DNA of 64,000 nt from Oikopleura dioica (Eukaryota > Animalia > Chordata). The stretch is taken from assembly GCA_907165135.1 (NCBI GenBank), contig OU015568.1, forward strand, positions 11,408,001 to 11,472,000, given 5' to 3'. The notes under the pieces were generated by a model. That model was not told where the DNA came from. It did not search any database and worked only from the letters and a program-made list of their open reading frames with translations. Shown here piece after piece: positions 61,957 through 64,000 of this stretch. The translations under genes were made by a program, and so were the position numbers. How positions within the stretch are numbered: the first letter of the stretch is position 1; each line of letters starts with the position of its first letter.

Positions 61957-64000
61957 CTATTTTGACTGACCGGCCCTAGAAGACAATTTCCATAGCCGCG
62001 TCGTATTGAGGAAGTGATCGATATCGTCAACACTAGGGCGTAACTTGTAATCATCAGCAATCATCTTAGAAACGAATGATACAATGCTATGGTTGCCGAG
62101 TTTTTTCCTGACTTCTTGCCCAACTTCAACTGAAGAGATACATTCAGTACTTTTATACATTTTTTTTTACCTGGCATGAGAAACAACTTGAAGGCCAATT
62201 CTGTTTCAAAAAGCGTAACCAACATCGTGATTCCAAGGGAGTAAATATCAGAAGCAAACGGAATCGATTTGATCATCGATTCCGGTGGATTGTAAAGTGG
62301 AGTTCCCCCGGAAAATCCAGTCAAGCCAAAATCAGCGACTCTCACAGACAAGACTCCATTGCTGTCGCGTTTCAGCAAGATGTTCTCCGGTTTGATATCA
62401 CGGTGGCACAGACCTCGCTCTCCCATTGCCTTGATTGCTGCATTCACCTTTTTTAGAATTAAAATTTCCAAAGAATATCAACATATACAGACCTGGCTAA
62501 AATATCGAATATATGCGACCATGGAAAATTCTTCTTGAAGCAAAGTTTTTTCACAGAATTCGCTAACGATAACAAATTCCGTAACTCCGTTTTCGTGCTG
62601 AAGAAAGAAATCGTACATATTGAGAACGTTGGCATTCTTGATTTCGCGACCAATATAAAACTCCGACGCTTGTTTGGTGAAGAACTTTTTCATTTCCTTT
62701 TCCCCCTTTGCTCCTTTTGTGGTGAAGTATTTTTGTAAGTCAACGTCCTTGCTTTTTATGAACTTGGCTGCCGCAGGTTTCCCATGCCAAAGACATTTGT
62801 AAACGCTCCCTTGTCCTCCTTTCCCTAAAAGAATTTCTTTCTTGATCAGTTTGCCAGGAAAGTATCGCATTGAATTTATTCTTTGACTTTCTTCTGGGCC
62901 TCCGATATCGTACCAAGAGGAATAAAAAGACGTCAGGGGCGCTCCACTGACATCGTAGCCGGTAACCCATTTTCGCTCAAGCGCTGCAATATCAACTTGT
63001 TCATGAATGTAGCTTTCGAATGAACTGTATTGCGCCGAGAGCAAGTACTTTTCTTTTGGCAACTTGACAGTTTTTAGTTCAGGATATTTCTCGAACATCG
63101 CATCTTTTAGGGCGAAACTGAAGCTTTTTACAGGGGCAGCATATCTCGGCTTTATGAATGGATTCATTCCCCGCTCAAGAATACGCCCGATCAGTGGTGT
63201 AAAAATCAGACCAACTGTGCTGCCAAAGTAACAGAGCTGATTGAATTTGAGGTCTGGAAAACGGTGGAGAAGCGTACTTGTGGCTCGGTAGTAGAGTCTT
63301 GTGGCGAAGAAAACAACTGTAAATCCAAGATGATTTGGCGTTGAAATGATCTCACACGCATTTTCTTGCGAGACGGTCTTGAGCATTTGATCCATCAAAA
63401 AGCAGAGAGTATCGTCGATTTTATGAACGAGGGAATAGTTGTCTTCCTTTGAGTACGGATTATGATGAAGAATTCGGCGAATATATTCATTGGGAGCCAT
63501 AAATACATTGTATTGGCCGATAGTATAGCTCCAGTCGATGTAAACTAAAATTTCAGTTGATAAAACCTGACAGATTATATGGGTTACATTTTTTCCAAAG
63601 AGAGCTTGTCAGAAGATCGAGATGATGATTGAGAGCAGCGACGACGAAAGCATGGCTTGCCGGAGTTCCTCGGAGTATATCCATATTTATAAGCTCTTCT
63701 AGGAGTTCTTCATCCACTTGTTTCGGTAGAAACTTTGTCGGTTTATTCCGCATATTCACCGCTAAATACAATCCAGCATAACCACCAGGAATATATGTCA
63801 TATCTTCGACGTCTTTCAAATTGTAGAGCTCGGCTTCAAGATTTTCAAACTCTACGAAAAGATCTCTAATTTCTCCAGTCACATTGAGCGTCGGATTGAT
63901 TCGACAATAGTCGTGTATCATAGAACTGACTTTTTTGTACAAATTAAGGGAGTCGAAAATTTTCTCTGTTGATTCTTTTGCCACAATTGAATCGAAAAGA
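61957..64000 (-). CDS. Ser/Thr protein kinase with a long N-terminal (degenerate ankyrin-like) region; 5' end beyond the window
   Basis: [41 protein letters not shown]; in-phase introns join ORFs 63553-63984, 62478-63500, 62061-62471 and 61957-62160. Confidence 0.92.

Overview
Compact, gene-dense eukaryotic DNA. Introns of about 40-90 bp, several non-canonical AG|GA...AG introns, operon-like gene spacing and a lamin lacking the Ig-fold all point to the larvacean tunicate Oikopleura (inferred, not looked up). Most genes lie on the minus strand: JAGN1, FTSJ1/TRM7, XPO4, liprin-beta, IMPDH, ANKRD28/44/52-like, RBMX2, CHSY1, a trypsin-like protease, lamin, NOB1, UBL3, a YY1-like zinc finger, ataxin-2, an SMYD methyltransferase, a papain-fold protease and a Ser/Thr kinase. 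The plus strand carries a divergent homeobox gene, an AIG1/ADTRP-like gene broken by a palindromic MITE, and a few orphan ORFs. Four non-autonomous DNA transposons have clear TSDs (two hAT-like, one Mutator/Foldback-like, one Kolobok-like). The most striking object is a complete 8.3-kb Ty3/gypsy (Tor-like) LTR retrotransposon with identical LTRs, inserted 7 nt into a 54-bp SMYD intron. It has a CCCH zinc finger in Gag instead of a CCHC knuckle, a UGA-CUAG gag-pol readthrough site and a second PPT after pol. It also carries an array of five bulged RNA hairpins showing covariation, and a non-env accessory ORF of about 364 aa with transactivator-like features behind an internal GC-box/CCAAT promoter. 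The second highlight is a papain-fold Cys-His-Asn protease directly downstream of, and possibly fused to, the kinase. Caveat: 1-nt homopolymer indels break conserved genes (IMPDH, CHSY1), so the assembly probably has long-read indel errors and single frameshifts should be checked against reads. No tRNA, rRNA or CRISPR array was recognised.
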